Assembly (NCBI RefSeq): GCF_006345805.1
Contig: NW_021826468.1
Span: forward strand, 1-12,820
Direction: 5' to 3'
Length of the DNA: 12,820 bases
From: Octopus sinensis
Lineage: Eukaryota
The position numbers and the translations under genes were made by a program. Below the pieces are notes generated by a model. It was not told where the DNA came from. It did not search any database and saw only the letters and a program-made list of their open reading frames with translations. Numbering within the stretch: position 1 is the stretch's first letter; every line of letters begins with the position of its first letter. Shown piece after piece: positions 1-8,032 of the stretch.

Positions 1-36
1 GTATATATACATACATCCGAAATATATATCTACATA

Positions 37-1330
37 AAGGGGTTGGACAAAATATTGGAAATACCAGGCATCATAGCATCATAATTTTGAAATATCAATA
101 AAACCATCAAAAGCTTGTTTATTTTGATGTGTTTTTTATTTATTGTTTGTGTTGCTCAATATGTTTTGCTATAATTGCTGTTCCTTTTTAGATATTAGAA
201 AAAGGTGATTAAAATTCATTAAAATGACGGATCTGTCGGACTTTCAAAGAGGTCAAATTGTGAGGTCAAAAAGGTCAAAGAGTTCAAATAGTGCCTGCTC
301 GTATACCAGGCACTAGCGTAACGAAAACAGCTGAAATGTTTGGTGTTTCAAGAAGTACTGTCTCGAAAGTAATGACAACCTTTGATAAAGAGGGAAGAAC
401 CTGCTCGTCGAAACAAACTCCGGAAGAAAACCCAAACTTTCAGATAGGGACCGTCGGACTCATGCGAATTGTTAGAAAGGATCATAAAAGTACAGCTCCC
501 AAAATTACTGCAGGGTTTAATGACCACCTCGAGAACCCAGTTTCCCCCAAAGCTGTTCGCCGGGAGGTGCACAAAGCCAGATTTCACGGGAGAGCTGCAC
601 TCAGAAAATCACTTCTTTCAAAAACAAACGTTGCAAAGCGTTTAGAGTGGAGTAAAAACCTACAGAATTGGTCCCTAGAGCAGTGGAAGAATTATATTTT
701 CGGACGAGTCATCCTTTACCTTATTTCCGACCACCGGCTGAGTATACGTGTGGAAATAGCCAAAAGAAGCATTTGACCCAGACTTCTTCTAACTGTTAAA
801 CATGGAGGAGGATCTGTGATAATCTGGGGATGCTATATCTTGGAAATCCGCCAGCCCAATGGTTTCTCTTCATGGCAAAATTAATAGTCAAAACTATTTA
901 AGTATTTTATCTTATCAAATTCATCCTATGTTTGCGGAACTGTTTCCGGAGGGGAATGCAATCTTTGAGGATGATAATGCACCAATTCACACAGCTAAAG
1001 TTGTTACAGAATGGCACGAAGAACATTCTAGTAAAGTTGAACATCTTATCTGGCCACCACAGTCCCCAGATCTCAATATTACTGAACAATTACGGTGCAT
1101 TTTGGAGAAACAAGTAAGGAGTCGATATCCTCCACCATAATCACTACAAGAACTGCAAACTGTTTTAGCTGAAGAATGGACCAAAATTCCTTTGGAAACG
1201 ATTCAAACTTTGTACGAGTCCATACTTCGTAGAATTCAAGCTGGAATTACTGCGAAAGGTGGTCCTACCCTATATTGAAAGTAATTTGTTTCAAATTTTA
1301 AGGTGTTTCCATTATTTTGTCCAGCCCCTG
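37..1330 (+). mobile_element. Tc1/mariner DNA transposon, full length (1294 bp), DD36E (Incomer-like) type, inactive
   Basis: Left TIR 37-65 (aaggggttggacaaaatattggaaatacc) matches the reverse complement of 1302-1330 (caggggctggacaaaataatggaaacacc) at 25/29. TA flanks both ends (35-36, 1331-1332). A decayed transposase lies inside. Confidence 0.95.
224..1278 (+). pseudogene. Tc1-family transposase pseudogene (HTH DNA-binding region plus DDE domain)
   Basis: ATG at 224 gives MTDLSDFQRGQIV. After a 31-bp duplication the frame reads SVTKTAEMFGVSRSTVSKVM, then SGRKPKLSDRDRR (shifted frame), VRRE.HK, SDES (D at 703-705), TVKHGGGSVIIWG, FEDDNAPIH (D at 973-975), WPPQSPDLNITE (E at 1084-1086), and ends AKGGPTLY* at 1278. 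There are in-frame stops at 739-741, 757-759 and 1138-1140 plus several frameshifts. Track ORFs 291-776 and 859-1140 are pieces of it. Confidence 0.95.
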
Positions 1331-1794
1331 TATATCCGACATCGGCCGGCCGATGTGACGCTGTTGCTTGCTGCGGGGAGATTATCTCCCTTGTCAGTGA
1401 ATAGAAAGTGTTCTGTTCAACAGAGAGCGTTCTGTTCATGGCTAAGAGTTAATTTTAATCTTATTTCTAGCTATGCACCCTTAATCACTTTTAGTGACGA
1501 CTGTATTTGTGCCGTTTGGTTTTAGGATGTGTCTAGTCATTTCAATAATTTTATCTATAATATAAATTGGGCATGGGCGATTGTTGTATTCTTTTTTGTC
1601 TTGAGGCTCACAGCCAAATGCCTGGGTGGATTCGCATGAAAAATGGCACACATGTGGAGACGGGTGCATAGATTGGAATGCGGTCTGTGTTTTTTTCTAG
1701 CTCCCATAGTTATCGAGAAATTCAATTAAAACTTTTCTAATGGAATTCCCGTTTGTTCCGCCATTAAAACAACCAGTTTCTCACACAGCAAGGG

Positions 1795-1822
1795 CACGCA
1801 CACACACTCACACGCACGCACG

Positions 1823-1888
<66 letters not shown>

Positions 1889-1889
1889 A
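1795..1889. repeat. (CA)n microsatellite with CACG variants
   Basis: Read directly from the sequence. Confidence 0.98.
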
Positions 1890-2276
1890 CAGATCCATTT
1901 CATATATCTTCTTTCAATTTGTGCTCTGCAAATAAAATTTTTTACGGATACAACTGCTTACAAAAATAGGGATTAATGTATAATTTCTTTCTATGTTCAT
2001 AATTAAATCAATGTTTTAATGATTAGACAGAAGTCAAATAGAATAGCTCTCAGAAACAGACTACATACAAATTTGTTCTTCACAACTCCTGAAGCTGTTT
2101 TCTGACAAGGTTGGGGGAGCCAGGAAATTTTCATACATCAGGAGGCTCCAATCGAACGAACCCAAAATGATAAGGTTGAGAAACGCTGTTATAGATTATG
2201 CCCAACCGAAAACGATCACAGCCACATCATCCAAACAGACCGAGTTTGAAACCGGGCTTAGCTGCTAGTGATAATG

Positions 2277-2343
<67 letters not shown>

Positions 2344-2361
2344 ATATATATATATATATAA
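2277..2361. repeat. (TA)n microsatellite
   Basis: Read directly from the sequence; one G interruption at 2341. Confidence 0.98.
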
Positions 2362-2685
2362 TACAAAATAAGAAATGGAGAAATATATCTAAATCATTCA
2401 TCAACTATCAGATAATACCGAATCATATACTTTATTAAACACACTACACAAGAGCATTAAGATTAGACATTAATACAGTACGATAATTACAATCAATATA
2501 ATGAGATATACTAAATAAAATAACAAGATATAAAAATACATATACATTATAGCTGACAGCTGTTTCGGCCATGCAGATAGGTATGTCCCATTTAATCTAT
2601 ATTAGCCATATATTACAGGTATAAATGAGACATTAACAAAAATATCTTACGGCCTCTTCGGAGATTCTAATGTAAGTATAAGTAT
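2362..2685 (-). mobile_element. Probable 3'-terminal fragment of a Penelope-like element (hammerhead family 2)
   Basis: The minus strand carries a hammerhead-like motif followed by a T-rich tail with AATAAA that runs into the (TA)n tract. This is the same layout as the coding PLE at 3563-5655. No coding remnant is seen and the boundaries are approximate. Confidence 0.55.
2543..2674 (-). ncRNA. Type I hammerhead ribozyme-like motif (family 2), long stem II insert, U4C core variant
   Basis: Minus strand reads TACATTA-gaatct-CCGAAGA-GGCC(80 nt)GGCC-GAAA-C-AGCT-GTC|agcta-TAATGTA. Stem II is closed by GGCC/GGCC, stem III is the palindrome ACAGCTGT, the cleavage triplet is GUC, and the distal stem I is 7 bp (plus coordinates 2668-2674 with 2543-2549). 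Confidence 0.6.
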
Positions 2686-2689
2686 GTAC

Positions 2690-2940
2690 TCAGCGATGTT
2701 TTAGCCTTCGAATGACGCCACCCCGATGGCTGAGCGAGCAGGCCAACAGAAGAAAGAGTGAGAAGAAGTTGTGGCGAAAGAGTACAGCAGGGATCACCAC
2801 CCCACCCCCTGCCTGAGCCTCGTAGAGCTTTTTAGGTGTTTTCGCTCAATAAACGCTCACAACGCCCGGTCTGGGAATCGAAACCGCGATCCTACAACCG
2901 CGAGTCCGCTGCCCTAACTACTGGGCCATTGCGCCTCCAC
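2690..2940 (-). mobile_element. tRNA-derived SINE (head at 2940), short-tail variant
   Basis: Minus strand begins gtggaggcgcaaTGGCCCAGTAG (A box) and has GGTTTCGATTCCC (B box). About 190 bp is shared with the copy at 3290-3473. The left boundary is approximate. Confidence 0.85.
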
Positions 2941-2957
2941 ACACACATTATATATAT

Positions 2958-3076
2958 ATGCGCGCTTATATATGCACACTTATGCGCAAAGCATTATGCA
3001 CAGTTTATTCAGTGAGTCTCACTATGTTTGCAAGGCCTGCTAGAAATATCAACCAAATCTTCTCTCAATCCTACTA
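2958..3076 (+). repeat. Direct repeat copy 1 of a ~118-bp segment (copy 2 at 5945-6061)
   Basis: atgcgcgcttatatatgcac...gcattatgcacagtttattcagtgagtctcactatgtttgcaaggcctgctagaaatatcaacc...caatcctacta occurs twice with only a few differences. Confidence 0.95.
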
Positions 3077-3473
3077 AAAAAAAAAAAGGAAGCACTCCGT
3101 CGGTTACGACGACGAGGGTCCCGGTTGATCCGAATCAACGGAACAGCCTGCTCGTGAAATTAACGTGTAAGTGGCTGAGCACTCCACAGACACGTGTACC
3201 CTGAACGTAGTTCTCGGGGATATTCAGAGTGACACAGAGAGTGACATGGCCGGCCCGTTGAAATACAAGGTACAACAGAAACAGGAAGTAAGAGTGAGAG
3301 AAAGTTGTGGTGAAAGAGTACAGCAGGGATCACCACCATCCCCTGCCGGAGCCTCGTGGAGCTTTTTAGGTGTTTTCGCTCAATAAACACTCACAACGCC
3401 CGGTCTGGGATCGAAACCGCGATCCTATGACAGCGAGTCCGCTGCCCTAACCACTGGGCCATTGCGCCTCCAC
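3077..3473 (-). mobile_element. tRNA-derived SINE, long-tail variant, apparently full length
   Basis: A box TGGCCCAGTGG (plus 3451-3461) and B box GGTTTCGATCCC (plus 3407-3418). The head is shared with 2754-2940 but the ~210-bp tail differs and ends in a T run on the minus strand (A run at 3076-3087). Confidence 0.88.
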
Positions 3474-3564
3474 ACACACACACACCCATACACAACACAT
3501 ATATTTATATATATTATAATATATATATATATATATATAATATATTATGTATATATATATATAT
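3474..3564. repeat. Compound (CA)n/(TA)n microsatellite
   Basis: Read directly from the sequence; it abuts the PLE 3' end. Confidence 0.95.
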
Positions 3565-3592
3565 ACTTTATTTTAAGCAGCAGAAAATTCAA

Positions 3593-3642
3593 CAAAATCT
3601 GTTACTCTGAGTTTCTCGTTGCCGTTCATCAGACAGTTTTTG
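3593..3642 (-). ncRNA. Type I minimal hammerhead ribozyme (family 1, copy A)
   Basis: CAAAAACTGT-CTGATGA-A-CG-GCAA-CG-A-GAAA-CTCAGA-GTA|ACAGATTTTG. Stem I has 9 pairs and one A.A mismatch, the core CUGAUGA/GAAA is intact, stem II is 2 bp with a GNRA loop, and stem III is ACTC-A-GAGT. Predicted cleavage is between 3603 and 3602. Confidence 0.8.
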
Positions 3643-4739
3643 CTAGAATGGAACTGATATATCAATTCAATCTATACTCTTACAACGCTACAACCTTTAA
3701 AAAGAAATGGACTTGTTTGATTGGCCCTTTAGAAAAAACGGTCAATCTTCGAGCGATAAACAAAAAGGTCAAAATATATGTATATATATATAAAAAACTT
3801 ATAAAAATTATAAAATCCGAGGAAAAAACCTATTGACGTTAATGAAGACAGTGCAAATTAATGCATAGAAATTAAACCTGTTATAAATACTGCAATACAT
3901 ATTTATATTAAAATCTACATATATATATCAAATACACAAAAGGATGCGCGTAACGCCATACATACATATACAGACGTATGAATATAAATCTAAATATACA
4001 CATAAAAGCATGTGTACATATATTCACGCAAACCGTCTCGCACGCAAGCTAAATTCATCTATGTAGCAATTCTCATATACTGAGCAAGGAGGGGGAACGA
4101 AAGAAAGGGAGAGAGAGAAAAAAGGAACGAAGGAGGGGTGGGGAAAAAACGAAATAGAAAAAATTATGTATACAAGCATGTAACGGTGTTATTGGCAATA
4201 TATAGAGACCAGTATACATACACAAGTTTGAATAGATACATATACATAACCGTCGTGTATATGTGTGCTTAAGCACAAACATACTTTCACTTACACATAC
4301 ACAGATACGCATGCTTACAAATATATATGCTTTGCTATACAACAACATACTTATATAAACTTCTAATTTTGACAACATTGCTTTTTTTAAAAAAACATTG
4401 CTTTTAAAAAAAGGGTGCATTAATAAAAATATATACGAAAGACATATAAAATAAAATATAACATCCTATTTTGGGTCCTTTATAAATAATCAAGGTAATA
4501 TAAATATCAAGTAATCCTATGCAATACAATAACATGAAAACAAAGTTTGTAGGTTTTTCCTAATATATATGTAGAAACATAAGACTTTGCTATACGGATT
4601 AAGATCCGCATAGCTTGGAAACAAAAACAAACAAAAACAAATCAAAATCCATCGTAGCGCTCATCGTTCAAGAGTCAAAATCAAAATCAAAAATCAAAAA
4701 TACAAAATATACTCTACCATCCCTATGGTATATTTATAT

Positions 4740-5655
4740 TCGACATTTTTAAATTTAGCCGCGTGCCTACATAAGTTCATTAGCTCCTCTTTGATTCAAA
4801 GAATTATTGTCTTTGAATAAGATGTACATTTTTTCTAATAGACAAGTCTGCACTTGAAATTATTTTTTGTAAGCTCCATGCCTGTATGGTGCCGCCCTGT
4901 CCAATGCTCCATGTCACGTTGAAAGGTGGGGCTTCCTTTTCTTTTAGTTCCCAGACATATTTTGCTAGGCTGGTTTTTCTTCCTATTCTCTGGGTATTTA
5001 AATGAATTTTTATGAGAATAAAATCTTGTTTAAATGAATTTTCTGAAGCCCCTGTGTATGTCTTTGTATTCCGATGAGCCTTCCATTTGCACCTTGCCTC
5101 TATAAACTACTCCTTTCACTAGACATTTCCCTTCTAACGACAGGAACTTTCGTTTTTGAAATTACATTTCTTAATGGGCTCGGCACCATGTCTAATCTCA
5201 ATTAGCTTCCTTTATGTTGGCTAATGTAAGGCGCGAAATTTCTGCAACAAGAATAGCTAACCTTCAGGGTTCTTCTAATAATATTCTATAGAATTTATGA
5301 CCCTGCTTAAAATGCTTAGAGACTAATCTCAAAATTCCTTACCTATATTAGTCTTTACGGCCAAATTGAAAGCCGGGGTTGAACCACAAACTTCCTGGTC
5401 CTAGTTCTTCTCGGGCAGCATTATTATCAGCATTAACTGGTTGAACTGGATCTTCTCAGAGAATCCACTATTCTTATATGCGCTATGGGTCGTAATAAGG
5501 TGCTGCATTATGGAATGCTGCCTCGTCGAAAAGAATTGAAGATTGATATCTCTTCCACCACTGATCACATTGCTGACTAAGGTCCTAAGGATAACTGGTG
5601 GCTGGTTCGAATCTTTGCTATAATATACGATAGCTTTTCATTGGGCTTACGGAAA
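4740..5655 (-). pseudogene. Penelope-type RT C-terminus/thumb, Cys-rich linker and GIY-YIG endonuclease (frameshifted)
   Basis: Hand translation across frameshifts gives RKPNEKLSY..SKDSN.PPVIL, AFHNAAPYY, KNSGFSEKIQF, WFNP..FNLAVKTNIGKEF, KHFKQGHKFYRI, TLKVSYSCCRN, CPLEGKCLVKGVVY (VVY at 5110-5102), YTGASENSFKTRFYSHKNSF (YTG at 5058-5050), TSLAKYVWELKEK, CRLCLLEKMYI, LNQR, LMNLCRH. These match the Penelope GIY-YIG pattern with the conserved R, E and N. The RT catalytic YxDD region is absent because of the truncation. Confidence 0.9.
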
Positions 5656-5693
5656 GAGTATAGATTGAATTGATATATCAGTTCCATTCTAAG

Positions 5694-5743
5694 CAAAAAC
5701 TGTCTGATGAACGGCAACGAGAAACTCAGAGTAACAGATTTTG
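5694..5743 (+). ncRNA. Type I minimal hammerhead ribozyme (family 1, copy B, in the inverted pLTR)
   Basis: Identical to copy A in the opposite orientation: CTGATGA 5704-5710, GAAA 5721-5724, GTA 5731-5733. Predicted cleavage is after 5733. Confidence 0.8.
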
Positions 5744-5840
5744 TTGAATTTTCTGCTGCTTAAATAAAGCATATTACTCTACCACTGGTATTTGAGTACA
5801 CTTTTTCCCACCTTGTTTCACATTTATGTGTTTACTCCGG

Positions 5841-5845
5841 TATAT

Positions 5846-5933
<88 letters not shown>

Positions 5934-5944
5934 ATATATATATA
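5841..5944. repeat. (TA)n microsatellite, interrupted
   Basis: Read directly from the sequence. Confidence 0.97.
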
Positions 5945-6061
5945 ATGCGCGCTTATATATGCACTCTATGCGCAAAGCATTATGCACAGTTTATTCAGTG
6001 AGTCTCACTATGTTTGCAAGGCCTGCTAGAAATATCAACCAATCTTCTTTCAATCCTACTA
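5945..6061 (+). repeat. Direct repeat copy 2 of the ~118-bp segment
   Basis: Near-identical to 2958-3076. Confidence 0.95.
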
Positions 6062-6329
6062 TACCTACTGAAACATGAAAAAGTTGCTAAATACCCATTA
6101 AATAATTGAGGCGGTCACGTTTAGAAAGCCTTTAGTCATTAGACATGTTGATATCAGGACTAAGCGGATGCGAGATAACTACTGTAACATGTACACCAAA
6201 TCATGTTCTGTCGCAGACAAAGGAAAATCGTTTCACTAATTTAGAATATTGCGTCACGGTACATGAACATCGATATGCGCGGAAAGCCACTCAAGCGTAT
6301 ACATCATTGTACACAAACATTAAGCGTTC

Positions 6330-6750
6330 AAACACACACGCACACATGTACACGCACGCACAGACACATTTACGCGCACGCGCACACACGAACGCACACA
6401 TACTCATGCACGATTACACATATATTATATACATGTATGCATGTATACATACATATGCATATATACAAACATACAAACCTACATACATACATACATGCAA
6501 ACATACATACATACATACATAAATAAATACACAATACAAACATACATACAAACATACATAGCAAGCATACATACATACATACATAAATACATACATACAT
6601 ACATGCAAACATACATACAAGCATACATACATACAAACATACATACATACAAACATACATACATACAAACATGGATACATACATACATACCTACATAAAT
6701 ACATACATACATACATACAAACATACATACATACATACATACATACATAC
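6330..6750. repeat. Degenerate (CA)n grading into a long (TACA)n tetranucleotide tract
   Basis: Read directly from the sequence; source of many spurious H/T/Y/I and M/Y/V/C ORFs. Confidence 0.97.
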
Positions 6751-6851
6751 CTTGTTTGTGTTGAAATTCCATTGTAGTTTTGGATCTAGGTTAGAAATCG
6801 CTTCTGTTCTCCATATTGGCAAGGAATCTTGAAATAAAACTGAATAATGAC

Positions 6852-6896
6852 ATACATACATACATGCCACACCACACACTCACACACACACACACA

Positions 6897-6927
<31 letters not shown>

Positions 6928-6930
6928 CAC

Positions 6931-6962
<32 letters not shown>

Positions 6963-6981
6963 ATATATATATATTATATAC
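6852..6981. repeat. Compound (TACA)/(CA)n/(TA)n microsatellite
   Basis: Read directly from the sequence; it abuts the solo PLE terminus. Confidence 0.96.
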
Positions 6982-7307
6982 ATACTTTATTTTAAGCAGC
7001 AGAGAATTCAACAAAATCTGTTACTCTGAGTTTCTCGTTGCGTTCATCAGACAGTTTTTGCTAGAAGGAACCGATATATCAATTCAATCTAGACTCTTAC
7101 CAATGCTACACCTTAAAAAAAAAAAAAAATGGACTTGTTGATTGGCCCTTTAGAAAAAACGGTCAATCTTCGAGCGATAAACAAAAAAGCTCAAAAATAT
7201 ATGTATATATATATAAAAACTTATAAAAATTATAAAATTCGAGGAAAAAACCTTACATTGAATAAAATACATATTGACATTAATGAAGAAAGTATAATTA
7301 ATGCATA
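6982..7307 (-). mobile_element. Solo 3'-terminal fragment of the same Penelope-like family as 3563-5840
   Basis: Colinear with 3563-3867 in the same orientation, with several substitutions and indels and about 20 bp extra (ttacattgaataaaataca). It ends at the same point next to (TA)n. Confidence 0.9.
7012..7060 (-). ncRNA. Type I minimal hammerhead ribozyme (family 1, copy C)
   Basis: Same as copy A except for one G missing in stem II/loop (ACGCAACGA). Predicted cleavage is between 7022 and 7021. Confidence 0.7.
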
Positions 7308-7534
7308 TATATATATATATATACATACATACATACATTCATTCATTCATATATACATGCATGCATACGTGCATACATACATGCATACATGCAAGCATGC
7401 ATACATACAAACTTATATGTAAATACGTACGGATGTATGCAACAACCTCCTCTTGTAGGCATGTATGTCTAAAATCACAAAAACTCGCAAGCACACACGC
7501 ACACACACACACATACACATACACGCACACATAT

Positions 7535-7830
7535 TATGTGGCCTTGAGGTTAGAGTATTAAACTCACAAACATTTATGGTATGGGTTCGATTCATGGACT
7601 CGGCAGCAGTACGTTGCGCCCCTGAGCAAGACACTGCATTTCACGACGCACCAGCTTGAAAATGAACACCCCTTTCTACTTTCATCTTATCACATCCTGG
7701 GTCGCGGGTGTGTGGGCGGAGAGGTTGTCTATTTCCTCTTGTGACCCCACAGGCACGTAGAGCAATTAGCGAACGCATCGTACTGTCAACCAAGTCATAC
7801 CCGCTTGCGAGTGACGGTTGAACCATGAGC
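7535..7830 (+). mobile_element. Old tRNA-derived SINE with CORE-like box
   Basis: A-box-like gtggccttgaggttagag at about 7537, B box GGGTTCGATTC at 7583-7593, and ctgagcaagacactgcatttcac resembling the box at 10621-10650. The right boundary is uncertain. Confidence 0.6.
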
Positions 7831-7843
7831 GCACGTGCGTGCA

Positions 7844-7844
<1 letters not shown>

Positions 7845-7883
<39 letters not shown>

Positions 7884-8030
7884 TGTGTGTATGTGCGGGT
7901 GCACATGTGTTTGTGTGTGTGTGTACATGTGTCTGTGTGTCTCTGCATTTGTCTTTCTGTCCTTATACATATATATGTGTGTCTATATATGTATATACAC
8001 ATACGTATACATATACATACATATGCATGC
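7845..8030. repeat. (TG)n and degenerate TA/CA low-complexity tract
   Basis: Read directly from the sequence. Confidence 0.93.
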
Positions 8031-8032
8031 AC

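Larger units (their letters stand above)
3563..5840 (-). mobile_element. Penelope-like retroelement, 5'-truncated, with inverted copy of its 3' terminus (pLTR) at the truncation point
   Basis: ORF remnant at about 5655-4740 (minus), a long AT-rich 3' UTR, and a hammerhead-bearing terminus at 3563-3681. Segment 5654-5769 is the reverse complement of 3566-3681 with two 1-nt indels and no substitutions, and continues as a ~70-bp extra tail to about 5840. Both outer ends sit in (TA)n. Confidence 0.9.

Noticed and set aside
348-1184. Minus-strand and alternative-frame ORFs overlapping the transposase (348-587, 907-1089, 932-1117, 987-1184)
   Set aside because: Shadow frames of the Tc1 transposase with no recognisable motifs.
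1340-1790. Possible host exon in the unique-looking sequence after the Tc1
   Set aside because: Short ORFs without recognisable protein motifs and no convincing splice-site pair. It cannot be supported without RNA data.
2093-2188. hAT-like terminus (reverse complement cagcgtttctcaacc at 2174-2188) with a ggagcc/ggctcc inverted pair upstream
   Set aside because: Only one convincing end is present, with no matching TIR and no 8-bp TSD. It may be a relic but cannot be supported as an element.
3160-3390. ORFs 3160-3390 (-) and 3171-3386 (+)
   Set aside because: They lie wholly inside a SINE and are chance open frames in GC-richer repeat sequence.
3407-3473. tRNA genes at the A/B-box sites (also 2940, 10548 and 11980 regions)
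   Set aside because: No complete cloverleaf or acceptor stem was found, and each continues into a SINE body.
6982-7307. Reading this segment as the upstream direct pLTR of the 3563-5840 element
   Set aside because: It is separated from the ORF by over 1.1 kb of host-type sequence, has its own microsatellite junction and carries substitutions that the A/B pair lacks. An independent insertion fits better.
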